Shown: in pieces, positions 1 through 9,482 of the stretch
How positions within the stretch are numbered: position 1 is the stretch's first letter
How the letters are laid out: every line of letters begins with the position of its first letter
Source: a virus
Lineage: Duplodnaviria > Caudoviricetes
Direction: 5' to 3' (one strand)
Virus record (IMG/VR): IMGVR_UViG_3300038673_000220
Coordinates: 64,001-128,000 of that record
Length of the DNA: 64,000 bases
Program-made: the position numbers and the translations under genes
The notes under the pieces: model-generated
Told to the model about the DNA's origin: nothing
Database searches by the model: none
What the model saw: only the letters and a program-made list of their open reading frames with translations

Positions 1-72
1 ACTTCATTACTTATAAATTAGAAGATGAATCATTTCGAATGTTATCAAATAACGATATTAATTAAGTTATAA

Positions 73-456
73 ATGATAAAAGATGAGGTCCTTATCATGG
101 AAATACTTACAATATCTGGCAACAATGAAGTTGATATAAAAATAACTTCTGGAGAAAACGATATATCAAGCGATGACTCATTTGAAGAAACACTTCGTAC
201 TATTATCGAAACTCAGAAACCAACTATTAAATTTATCAACATATCTATAGATAAAAACGCTATGATGTGTTTTTGTTTATCGGAGGGTTTCGATACAAAA
301 AGTGTTCATGATTTTGAGGTATGTTTAATGATGGGAGATAGATTCTATAGAACGATTACCGACCTTAAGAAAAAGATCAAAGAGGATCGTAATATAGTTT
401 TGAGTGTTACTATCGACATTCCACATGGATTAAATCCAATTAGAAAATTAAATTGA
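73..456 (+). CDS. hypothetical protein (start may be the ATG at 97)
   Basis: 127-aa ORF; GAGG precedes the second ATG; co-directional with the next gene. Confidence 0.7.
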   Translation: MIKDEVLIMEILTISGNNEVDIKITSGENDISSDDSFEETLRTIIETQKPTIKFINISIDKNAMMCFCLSEGFDTKSVHDFEVCLMMGDRFYRTITDLKKKIKEDRNIVLSVTIDIPHGLNPIRKLN

Positions 457-468
457 GAGGATATCACA

Positions 469-963
469 ATGGCTATTGAAGAAATCACTAATATGACTTT
501 TCTTGATAAAATAAAGAGCTGCATCAAGAAATATAAATGCATGATAATGGCTGTTAACCATAATACATGTGACAAAGATGATATCAAGGATAACTATGAT
601 AAGATCAATGATGCTTTTGTTTACTCAATTGGTCGTAAAGAATTTGGTCATCCAGATATTTTGATATTATGTGGTTCAGATAAAGAGAATCCTATCTCAT
701 CTGATCAATTGAGTAAACGCTTTAATTACGCATTACAAGCATTAATAGTTTTAATGGAAGAATGGGATGATAACCCTGTTAAACCTGGGCACACCTTTGG
801 TGGTAAAGATACTATCATAATCAAATTCATTTCAAGAGAATATGAGGATTATGATGATTTTATCGAATGTTGTAAAGAGGATATTGCCATCCAAGCTGGT
901 AACTATTATGGTACCTACGATTATGAATTGATTGTAGGTGTTTTTGTACAAGATATAGAGTAG
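469..963 (+). CDS. DUF4262-like hypothetical protein
   Basis: GAGG RBS; FVYSIG..FGHPDILI resembles the DUF4262 F-x-Y-T-V-G...GHPEL motif. Confidence 0.6.
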   Translation: MAIEEITNMTFLDKIKSCIKKYKCMIMAVNHNTCDKDDIKDNYDKINDAFVYSIGRKEFGHPDILILCGSDKENPISSDQLSKRFNYALQALIVLMEEWDDNPVKPGHTFGGKDTIIIKFISREYEDYDDFIECCKEDIAIQAGNYYGTYDYELIVGVFVQDIE

Positions 964-1088
964 CTGTATAGTTATACAGCCACGTCTTCTATAGGTCGAA
1001 TCATCTGATTTATTTCAAGCGATGCGGTGATCTGAGAAGGTAAAAATGGAAACGAATGGAATCATTCATAATTTAGGAGAATCTTATC

Positions 1089-1892
1089 ATGGACGCAATG
1101 GAAATTTACAAATCTATCAATAGTGATTCGACTGATGAAGAGAAGCTTGAAGCCTGCAAAGCTATCTTGGAAGCTCCTGGTAATAGAGCTTGGACTATCC
1201 GTTTAGCTAAATATTACGGTTGGTGGGATAATAGTGTAGCTGAACCATGTAAAGCTATCTTGGAAGCTCCCGGTGATAAAGCTATGGCTATCAGTTGTGC
1301 TAAATCTGAAGGTTGGTGGAGGGATGAGGTAGCCGAGCCATGTAAAGCTATCTTGAAAGCTGGTGGTGATAGAGCTATTGCCATTTATTGTGCCAAACGA
1401 GATGATTGGTGGAGAGATGAGGTAGCTGAGCCATGCAAAGCTATATTGGAAGCTCCCGGTGATAAAGCTACGGCTATTTGTTGGGCTAAAATTAATGATT
1501 GGTGGAAAGATAGCGTAGCTGAACCATGTAAAGCTATCTTGGAAGCTCCTGGTAATAGAGCTTGGGCTATCTATAATGCTGTTGATGACGGTTGGTGGAA
1601 AGATAGTGTAGCTGAGCCATGCAAAGCTATATTGGAAGCTTCCGGTGATAAAGCGATATCTATCTGTCTTGCCAAATCTGATGGTTGGTGGGATAATAGT
1701 GTAGCTGAACCATGTCAAGCTATCATGGAAGCTTCTGGTGATAGAGCTGTGGCTATCAGTTGTGCTAAATCTGAAGGTTGGTGGAAGGATGAGGTAGCTG
1801 AGCCATGTCAAGCTATCATGGAATCTTCAGGTGATAGAGATATGGCTATTTATTACGCAGTTAGTATTGGGTGGTGGAAAGAATCAAGATAA
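1089..1892 (+). CDS. alpha-helical tandem-repeat protein (8 x 31 aa)
   Basis: AGGAG RBS; unit consensus VAEPCKAILEAPGD(K/R)AxAIxxAKxxGWWKD(S/E); terminator immediately downstream. Confidence 0.9.
   Translation: MDAMEIYKSINSDSTDEEKLEACKAILEAPGNRAWTIRLAKYYGWWDNSVAEPCKAILEAPGDKAMAISCAKSEGWWRDEVAEPCKAILKAGGDRAIAIYCAKRDDWWRDEVAEPCKAILEAPGDKATAICWAKINDWWKDSVAEPCKAILEAPGNRAWAIYNAVDDGWWKDSVAEPCKAILEASGDKAISICLAKSDGWWDNSVAEPCQAIMEASGDRAVAISCAKSEGWWKDEVAEPCQAIMESSGDRDMAIYYAVSIGWWKESR
1144..1880 (+). repeat. coding tandem repeat, 93-nt unit, 8 copies
   Basis: recurring gtagctga(a/g)ccatg(t/c)aaagctat...ggtgg at 93-nt spacing. Confidence 0.95.
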
Positions 1893-1897
1893 GATAT

Positions 1898-1940
1898 ATT
1901 GAGAAGCTTCCATTTACGGAAGCTTCTCAATTATTTTTTT
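1898..1940. terminator. intrinsic terminator between convergent genes
   Basis: 14-bp stem attgagaagcttcc/ggaagcttctcaat followed by a T-run. Confidence 0.9.
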
Positions 1941-3486
1941 ATTCTTCAGTTGTAAATAATTCTAGATAAGAATTGATGTCAAGAACAAGATAACTTACAT
2001 GATCATAAACAAAGTTCACCCAGTTAAGACCACCAGATTCTATTTTAGCGAATGTTAATATATTAGTTTCACCAGCTGCAACAGACAATGCTTGATTAAG
2101 TTTAACGCTCCATTCGCGAGTATTTGATGTCATTTCTGACCAACCGTTATCAGTTGTTGAGAAGTCTCGATACGTCGGATGAATAGTGAGTAAACTTGAA
2201 TAGAGGTTCGTATCAGCTGGAGCTACACCTACAAAATACTTTTCATAAGCAGCTGTCATGATTTCACGATAAGGATCTGTTGCTCTAGCGATAAGTTCCG
2301 TAACAGTATTTATTTTTTCAATAAGATCAGTGCCTTTGATGATCGATGGATAAATATCAGCATTTGTAAGTTTAGTGATATTATCATAAAAAGGAATGAG
2401 CAAGAAGGCTGAATGATAGAAGATATCAGGTAAGATGATTTCCCAAATAGCCCTTGAACCGACACCACTATTAAGAAGGTATTCGGCAATAGCGTTTCGA
2501 GCCTCAAGTGAATCAGGACAACGTCCACGATAAATCAAACTAAATACAGCCATGTAAGTATTACCGTTATAGATATAACGTGTTTCGAATAAGTACATAC
2601 CTGTCTGATCACGATTAGTAAGCTCTGGTTGGAGAAGAGAATCTGACCATTTCTTACTGAGTATAGCTGAGTTGATAGGATCTGTCAATCCTGAAGGGTT
2701 GAGTAATGTTTGTAAATCTAATGGTGGAACTATGTTGATAATAGTTGATTCAGGATATTCTGACTTAAAGAGTGACTTATTGAACCAGATCTTGAATTCA
2801 ACAACAACGCTATTGATGATGAATTTGAACGAGAAATACCCTGGAACGAGTCGGTGTATGTTGACACCACCATAAACCATAACGACTGATTTCGCAGAAG
2901 ATACTTTGATAGAGTTCGTTACGTATCCGAGGAAATTCGTTGGATCATTCACCAAGACACTATTGATATCTGATAATGAATCAGAAGCAATCGTACCGTA
3001 AGATAGGTACTCAATAACGTTAAAGACACGTTGTTGCTCTAATGATGAGATCGTTTCGAGCGCTGATTTTTCATCATCTGATAATTTAGCATAATCAAGA
3101 GTGAATTTTATTTCACGAGTATTTGATATACTCACATAACCTTCAGGGAGAGAATCGTTGATAAAATCAAGATTATCTAGATCTGGGTATTGTGCAAGAG
3201 TAACTGTTTCTGAAGGTTCAATTAAAAGATGAGCTAATCCTTTTTGATATACATTAGTTATTGTATCAAGGAATATGAGGGTGTCGTCAATTTCTGCAAT
3301 AGCTTCTTGACGAAAAAGGATAGGTAATCTTGATGCACGTAAATCACCTAACTCAGTAGGTTGTATAAAAAATTCGATCGTGTCTCGATCAAGATAACCG
3401 CACGGAATAGCTAGTTTCTCAAGATTCACAAACCTACTTGCGCTATCGATGAGAGATCTATCTGAGAGAAATCCCTGAATAGACAT
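1939..3486 (-). CDS. putative virion structural protein (phiKZ-like conserved)
   Basis: long ORF; GGAGG RBS before the ATG at 3486; divergent from the structural block. Confidence 0.6.
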   Translation of the reverse strand: MSIQGFLSDRSLIDSASRFVNLEKLAIPCGYLDRDTIEFFIQPTELGDLRASRLPILFRQEAIAEIDDTLIFLDTITNVYQKGLAHLLIEPSETVTLAQYPDLDNLDFINDSLPEGYVSISNTREIKFTLDYAKLSDDEKSALETISSLEQQRVFNVIEYLSYGTIASDSLSDINSVLVNDPTNFLGYVTNSIKVSSAKSVVMVYGGVNIHRLVPGYFSFKFIINSVVVEFKIWFNKSLFKSEYPESTIINIVPPLDLQTLLNPSGLTDPINSAILSKKWSDSLLQPELTNRDQTGMYLFETRYIYNGNTYMAVFSLIYRGRCPDSLEARNAIAEYLLNSGVGSRAIWEIILPDIFYHSAFLLIPFYDNITKLTNADIYPSIIKGTDLIEKINTVTELIARATDPYREIMTAAYEKYFVGVAPADTNLYSSLLTIHPTYRDFSTTDNGWSEMTSNTREWSVKLNQALSVAAGETNILTFAKIESGGLNWVNFVYDHVSYLVLDINSYLELFTTEE

Positions 3487-3648
3487 AAAAACCTCCAACA
3501 GAATTTATAATAAAAGTAATATAACCTAATGTCGATCTTAAAGTCATATAATTGTGAGAATGAGATACCTTTTTAATATAATGTTATTTCAAGTACCGAT
3601 TCTATGAAATTACGTGGGTATTTATCCTAATTAAGGAGGATCCAGCAT

Positions 3649-5289
3649 ATGCCTGTAATAGACTCCATGGCGACTGAAGTTACAAAGCAATGTATTGAAG
3701 TCATATCTGAACAAATAGTTAATCGTATTATTAATTATCTAGGATTCAGTAATCTGTTTTTGTTTAATGACAATCTTTTCATAAGTTCTGATGATTTACA
3801 ATCATCCAATTTTGACGACAGTTCGGATAATATCAGATCTCAGAATAATAGGTGTGATGTTAAAATCGTACCTGGTTATAGTCCGTTTGAAACTAAATTC
3901 GACATAGTAAGTGGGAGAGGTCTTGATTCAGCTATTCAGATGAAACGATGGAATATTGGAGAGTATCCAGTATTCAGTGATAAACGCTCAAGTGTTTATG
4001 TTGTTGAAGTTGGATTGCCTTCAATGATTGAACTCCAATTCGAGGTTAAACTGAAATCGATAGAATTATCAGATACCTTCCACAATGCTTTATTTTCAAG
4101 AGCTTTAACAAATGGTGGAATGACTGATTATAACGACATCCAATTTTCTTATGGTTTGTCAGATAAGCTTATCTTATTCTTATATAAGATATTCAAGATG
4201 CAAGATGATCTTCTAAATGAAATGACATTCAAAGATTATCTTACTATTGGAAGTAACAGCGCTATCACTCCGATGACTAATCGGTTCAAACCTGATCAGG
4301 ATATCGAGCTTGTTATACAGAGAACTAATTCTAAAGTGATTGGTCGTTTGGAATACAGTGGTGATAAACATGAAACTGAATATTACAATAAAGTATCGAA
4401 CAGGTATGTTATCAGTTTTTCGTATTTTATCCAGTATACAAAACCTGTTTTATTAAGAACTGCTTACCCTATCATGATTTACAATAAGATCATTGATAAG
4501 CAGTATATTGGAAAGAATATTCAGAATATGTCAGATGGGGAATCAAAACAATATTTTCAAGAAGTTGCTTTAAACAATTACTTTTTACGTCAAAACGATT
4601 CGAGTATCAAACTCGAGGATTCTTATCCTTTAGTGAGGTATCCGTTTTTTGATGACTGGCAACGATCTCCAGCTATGTATTCTAATATCAATACGAAATA
4701 TCAACTTTTATTCATTGGTTTATTGAGCGTTGATATTAACCCTGATGACAGCTCTCTTTCTTTATCAGTTGATTTAGAGAATGAAGTATTTCCAATGCTT
4801 AATCAAAAGGCTGTTGATGAAATCAAATACGTTATCAATAACTTTGAACTCGATGAAAATGCCTTTTCTACAAAAGATGATATTTACAGAAGATTGGGTA
4901 TATTTGATATAGCACTCTTTTGTAATGACTCATTAGTTGTTTATGATAAATTAAGTTTATCTTCAGAGTACCTTCTTTCAGTAACTGGAGATCTTGATCT
5001 ATCAAAACAGTATCGGTTAGTTATTTCTCAAATCAAAGATATCAGTATCTTAAATAGACAATATGTCTATTACATGTTGAGTCATCCTGATTATTATACT
5101 GATTTCTTAGCAGCTCATATGGATTTCTTAGTAACGAATGGATATGTTAAGATCATTACGGATCTTTTCACGAAACAAGTTACAGCGGTTCCAGAACTTC
5201 GGATGGTTCAAGATGATCCGTGGGTTCTTACTCCAAACAGAGCTATCACTATCAATAACTATATCGTTGAAGTTCGACGACAAAGATAA
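3649..5289 (+). CDS. putative virion structural protein (phiKZ gp98-like by synteny)
   Basis: 546-aa ORF; AAGGAGG RBS; TATG late-type motif upstream; first gene of a four-gene block resembling phiKZ gp98-101. Confidence 0.55.
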   Translation: MPVIDSMATEVTKQCIEVISEQIVNRIINYLGFSNLFLFNDNLFISSDDLQSSNFDDSSDNIRSQNNRCDVKIVPGYSPFETKFDIVSGRGLDSAIQMKRWNIGEYPVFSDKRSSVYVVEVGLPSMIELQFEVKLKSIELSDTFHNALFSRALTNGGMTDYNDIQFSYGLSDKLILFLYKIFKMQDDLLNEMTFKDYLTIGSNSAITPMTNRFKPDQDIELVIQRTNSKVIGRLEYSGDKHETEYYNKVSNRYVISFSYFIQYTKPVLLRTAYPIMIYNKIIDKQYIGKNIQNMSDGESKQYFQEVALNNYFLRQNDSSIKLEDSYPLVRYPFFDDWQRSPAMYSNINTKYQLLFIGLLSVDINPDDSSLSLSVDLENEVFPMLNQKAVDEIKYVINNFELDENAFSTKDDIYRRLGIFDIALFCNDSLVVYDKLSLSSEYLLSVTGDLDLSKQYRLVISQIKDISILNRQYVYYMLSHPDYYTDFLAAHMDFLVTNGYVKIITDLFTKQVTAVPELRMVQDDPWVLTPNRAITINNYIVEVRRQR

Positions 5290-5298
5290 GGAGATGTC

Positions 5299-6783
5299 AT
5301 GGGATTAGTTCTTCCATTACAAGTTGACGATGTTCCTGAGAAATCAGAGAGTGGTGATACCCTAATAACAACAAACGATATCGCAACAGCTGTTAAAGAT
5401 ACTTTTATCAATAGAACAGCTATCAACAAAGCGACGTATCCTGAGATTTATGGAACTCTTTTAAGTTACACAGAAGGTATTCCAACGAATGTCGAATACT
5501 TCAAGAAAAGAGAATCATACATCAATAGACAAACGATTGATACCAGTTTCTCTGGTGAACGAAGCTCGATCCTAACATCATTTGATCTTATTCACAACTT
5601 TGAAATACGTCTTAAAGATCAAATAGATATCAGTGTAGATCCTGAAGCAACCGAAGTATCGATCGTTGGATCAGCTATCATCTATCCTGGATTCAAACCG
5701 AATGTTGGTGATATCTTCTATTTGAAGCTTTCTGATAATAGGATCGGATGCTTCATTGTTAATACGACTCAACCTCTATCGATAGCGCATGGTTCGCATT
5801 ATCAAATAGAATTCCATTTTGATCAATTCCTTACATCTGATTATAATGATCGACTAAAAGCATCAGTAGCTGCTGAACTGTATTTCGATAAGCAGAAATA
5901 CTTTAGCGACGAAGCTGCTCTATTATCATCAGTTTCATATAATCAATATGAGAGTTTATCAAAGCATAAAAGAGCTCTTATATCGTTAATTGTGAATAAC
6001 TATTACTACGACAAAGAGAAAAGCTTGTTGGTTCCAAACAATATCTATGATGATTTCCTCATTGAGTATTTGACGAATAAAGTCAGTATTAATGATACAC
6101 CAAAAGATATTTGTCAGATACCGAATCCTTATGGATCAGCATTTTTTAATACGATTTGGTATGCTTTTCTTAATCAAGATATAACAGTTCTACTGTATAT
6201 TGGTTATACTTTAATAACCTATAGACAGTACGTCTTTGATACGAATACTTCAGATATTGACAAATTAGCTGTTCTTAAGCTGATGAATAAATACATAGAA
6301 TTAGATCCTGTACGAAATATACAGATCAAATTCGATCCTTTAGATACTGAATTTAAAACTGTAAGTTACATATTCTCTAAGAGGTTTTATTATTACGTAT
6401 TAAAGTCATTTGAAATGAATCAAAGTTTGTCTGAGTTTGAAAGCTACGAGGCTTTTCAAAATTTTATTTACGATATCGATGACGATTCACGTCTTTATGA
6501 TGATTTTTCAGACATCTTTTATTCATTTACTGCTGATGGATATTATTCTATGTCGTATTTTGACACGCTCAATAAAGCGACTGGTTCAAATAACGACATC
6601 CATCTCCCAGAGTTTGAATACATCATCTACGATTTCATAGTAAATAACAATATCGATATTGATTATCTTATCAATAAAGTTCTTGTGAAATTTCCATTCG
6701 TTAAAATGAATCCTCAAGATAAACTGTACTATTCAGCTTTCCTTATCCATCTTGTCGATTTAGCTATCCAACGTATACGTTAA
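5299..6783 (+). CDS. putative virion structural protein (phiKZ gp99-like)
   Basis: 494 aa; G-x-A-x-IYPG-x-x-PNVGD-x-F motif typical of this jumbo-phage family. Confidence 0.6.
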   Translation: MGLVLPLQVDDVPEKSESGDTLITTNDIATAVKDTFINRTAINKATYPEIYGTLLSYTEGIPTNVEYFKKRESYINRQTIDTSFSGERSSILTSFDLIHNFEIRLKDQIDISVDPEATEVSIVGSAIIYPGFKPNVGDIFYLKLSDNRIGCFIVNTTQPLSIAHGSHYQIEFHFDQFLTSDYNDRLKASVAAELYFDKQKYFSDEAALLSSVSYNQYESLSKHKRALISLIVNNYYYDKEKSLLVPNNIYDDFLIEYLTNKVSINDTPKDICQIPNPYGSAFFNTIWYAFLNQDITVLLYIGYTLITYRQYVFDTNTSDIDKLAVLKLMNKYIELDPVRNIQIKFDPLDTEFKTVSYIFSKRFYYYVLKSFEMNQSLSEFESYEAFQNFIYDIDDDSRLYDDFSDIFYSFTADGYYSMSYFDTLNKATGSNNDIHLPEFEYIIYDFIVNNNIDIDYLINKVLVKFPFVKMNPQDKLYYSAFLIHLVDLAIQRIR

Positions 6784-6792
6784 GGAGCAATC

Positions 6793-7677
6793 ATGATTCT
6801 TTGTTTACACCATGTTGACCACGATGGTCATACAGCAGCAGCTATTGTTAAAAAGAAATACCCCGATGTAGAGCTCTTTGAAATCAATTACGGGATCGAT
6901 GTACCTTGGGATTTGATCAATAAGAGTGATACAGTTATCATTGTCGACTTTAGTTTACCTATCGAAGATATGCAAAAGATCGACAAAGAGCGAGAATTCA
7001 TCTGGATAGATCATCACAAATCTATTATAGATGAAGCTGAAGAGGCTGGATTTAATCCGCAGGGTATTCGCTTCGTTGGGAAATCTGGATGCCGACTAGC
7101 TTGGGAGTATTTCTTTCCAGGAGAAACAATTCCAGTGATTGTTGATTACTTAGCACGTTGGGATGTTCATGATTTTTCTGATGTAGAAAACCCAGTTGAT
7201 TCAAAGGCTATCATCTTTGAATATGGTATGCGCATCTATGATACGCATCCGAATAATGGTGCATTGTGGAATCTTATTTTAAACGATGATCCTGATGCAA
7301 TAAATGCTATTTACAATGATGGTAAAAAGATATGGATGTATCAGCAGAATATTGATGCTGAATACTTGTTGATGTATGCATTCGATGCTGAATTTGAAGG
7401 ACTTAAAGCTCTCGTTGTAAATAACGATCGATTAGGATCTCTTGGGTTTTTAGAACTCTGGGATAATACAAAATACGACATCATGATGTCATTCACTATC
7501 AGTACTGGAGGAGCTAAATTCTCTATCTATACTGATAAAGACGAAGTTGATGTAATTGAGGTAGCAAAGAAATTCGGTGGGGGTGGTCATGAGCAAGCTG
7601 CTGGATTTACAATCGAAGATATAGGATTCTTCTTTGACAAGATTAATATCATAAATCCAAAAAAGGCTAATGAATAA
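6793..7677 (+). CDS. DHH/DHHA1 family phosphoesterase
   Basis: motifs HHVDHDG, IIVDFS, WIDHH and C-terminal GGGGH..AAGF. Confidence 0.92.
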   Translation: MILCLHHVDHDGHTAAAIVKKKYPDVELFEINYGIDVPWDLINKSDTVIIVDFSLPIEDMQKIDKEREFIWIDHHKSIIDEAEEAGFNPQGIRFVGKSGCRLAWEYFFPGETIPVIVDYLARWDVHDFSDVENPVDSKAIIFEYGMRIYDTHPNNGALWNLILNDDPDAINAIYNDGKKIWMYQQNIDAEYLLMYAFDAEFEGLKALVVNNDRLGSLGFLELWDNTKYDIMMSFTISTGGAKFSIYTDKDEVDVIEVAKKFGGGGHEQAAGFTIEDIGFFFDKINIINPKKANE

Positions 7678-8133
7678 ATGTATTCACATAACATACCAGC
7701 TCATATCGATGAATATGTTAATGTGATAACGTACCCTATCGAAGTGCCTGAATACGCTATGATGAAAGCTCGGGCTTACAAAGATGGTGATATCATTAAC
7801 ATATTTGAACCCGATAAGAACCTTGTTGTTCAATCAAGAGCTACTGTTGCTCAGATGATCGATTTTAACTTCCGAGTCATACCTTTTAAAATACTGTATG
7901 CTCATGATATTTTAGAGATTTATAAGTATCTTGAGACATACATCGATGAGCTACAACAATTTAATGAGATTGAAGAAGCTCAGCAATACTTAATTAAAGC
8001 GAAGGATTTCTTTGGTAAACTTGAAAGATCTGTAAATATATTAGCTCGTCATGGGAATGCTGAAGCTCGAGCTCAACATGAGCGTAAAGAAATTGTAAAT
8101 ATATTCAAAGTAGCTCTCGGAGGATCTTCATGA
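7678..8133 (+). CDS. hypothetical protein (phiKZ gp100-like by synteny)
   Basis: 151-aa ORF translationally coupled to both neighbours. Confidence 0.55.
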   Translation: MYSHNIPAHIDEYVNVITYPIEVPEYAMMKARAYKDGDIINIFEPDKNLVVQSRATVAQMIDFNFRVIPFKILYAHDILEIYKYLETYIDELQQFNEIEEAQQYLIKAKDFFGKLERSVNILARHGNAEARAQHERKEIVNIFKVALGGSS

Positions 8134-9470
8134 TCATACCATCTGATATACTCAAAGAAATGGTTGACGAAGTTGTCAGTATTGAAAGATCTAATGCTGT
8201 TATTATAACGTTTCATTTGAGGAATTATGATGATCCAGAATGGGTGATCGAAGATCTTTATTTAACTTCATTGATAAAGAATCAATCACCCCTCGTTAAT
8301 GTTATGGATGAAATAACTGTTTCAGCAGATGCTACTCCGAAACAGTTCCAGGAGATGATTGAAAGGCAAAATAATCTCTATGCTGACGTTATAATCGAAT
8401 ACGCTAATCGTCAAACGAACGAAGTTATTCTTGAAGAAAAACCTATCATTTTAAGATATAGGGTTTTCATTCATGATGTATCGAATCTGTTAAAACAGTA
8501 TGGTGTTTACAGTTTTGCTAAAAACGAAGATCTTACTGATAGAGAGATCGAAGTTAATCATTCAGTAAGGATCCCAATAACGATGCAGTTGATGACCGAA
8601 ATCGATTATGTTATCAATAAGTCATCATTTACTGGAACCATGCAAGATGTTAATGTAGAAGATAGTATCAAATACATATCTTCTATTATGAAGGTCCCGT
8701 ATATCAAAATGACTCCTCCAGATAATGCGATAACGTATCAGCATTTGATAATTCCACCCGAAAACAGTGATTTTAAAGTAGTCTTTGATTATGTGAATAA
8801 AAAGTATGGAACCTACGCTAATGGATTTAGAACCTATTTAACAAATGGAATCTTGTACGTTTATCCACCATTTGATATGAAGTGTCAGGATACCCCAAAA
8901 CTGAATATATTCAGAGTATCCGAAAACACCTATATGGGTTCAACAAATTATCATAAGGTTGAAGATAATCTCGATGTATCTATTGTAAGTAATACTGAGC
9001 TTGTTGCGAAAAACCTGTCAACTCTTGGTAGTGAGAATGAAGGTAATGTTAAAATGTTTGTTCGAGCTGATGGTGTGATCGACGGTCAGGTTTCTAAAAA
9101 TAAGAAACTTAAACTCGAGAATATATCAGCTGTTATGTCAAGTGTGAATGATAACTCTATTTCGAAGAATTCTGCTATCACTAAATACATAAAACAACCA
9201 ACCCTCAATGTGTTTGATCATGGATCAACATTCAGTGAAACTGATACTGAGCTTTTAACTATGGGTTGGACTAATGCACGATTGAATATGATCTATCCAA
9301 GTATGCCAGTAACATTTATCTTTGATGAAAAAGATCAAGTGAAACAAAAGACTGGTAGAATCGAATCGATCATATACAATTTCACAAAAGGTAATCGTCA
9401 TCTGTTTTTGTGTCAAGTAGCTTTGATAATTCGGGTTGATCCAAAACAGGAAGATTACAAAGTATCATAA
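8130..9470 (+). CDS. putative virion/baseplate hub-like protein (phiKZ gp101-like)
   Basis: 446 aa; ATGA overlap; YGxYxxG...YVYPPF and IYPSMPV motifs; synteny. Confidence 0.55.
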   Translation: MIIPSDILKEMVDEVVSIERSNAVIITFHLRNYDDPEWVIEDLYLTSLIKNQSPLVNVMDEITVSADATPKQFQEMIERQNNLYADVIIEYANRQTNEVILEEKPIILRYRVFIHDVSNLLKQYGVYSFAKNEDLTDREIEVNHSVRIPITMQLMTEIDYVINKSSFTGTMQDVNVEDSIKYISSIMKVPYIKMTPPDNAITYQHLIIPPENSDFKVVFDYVNKKYGTYANGFRTYLTNGILYVYPPFDMKCQDTPKLNIFRVSENTYMGSTNYHKVEDNLDVSIVSNTELVAKNLSTLGSENEGNVKMFVRADGVIDGQVSKNKKLKLENISAVMSSVNDNSISKNSAITKYIKQPTLNVFDHGSTFSETDTELLTMGWTNARLNMIYPSMPVTFIFDEKDQVKQKTGRIESIIYNFTKGNRHLFLCQVALIIRVDPKQEDYKVS

Positions 9471-9482
9471 GGAGGAAAACTT

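Noticed and set aside
1203-1811. 202-aa antisense ORF
   Set aside because: Shadow of the repeat gene; no RBS
1144-1880. 93-nt repeats as a CRISPR array
   Set aside because: The repeats are in-frame coding units with synonymous variation and no unique spacers; no cas genes are present
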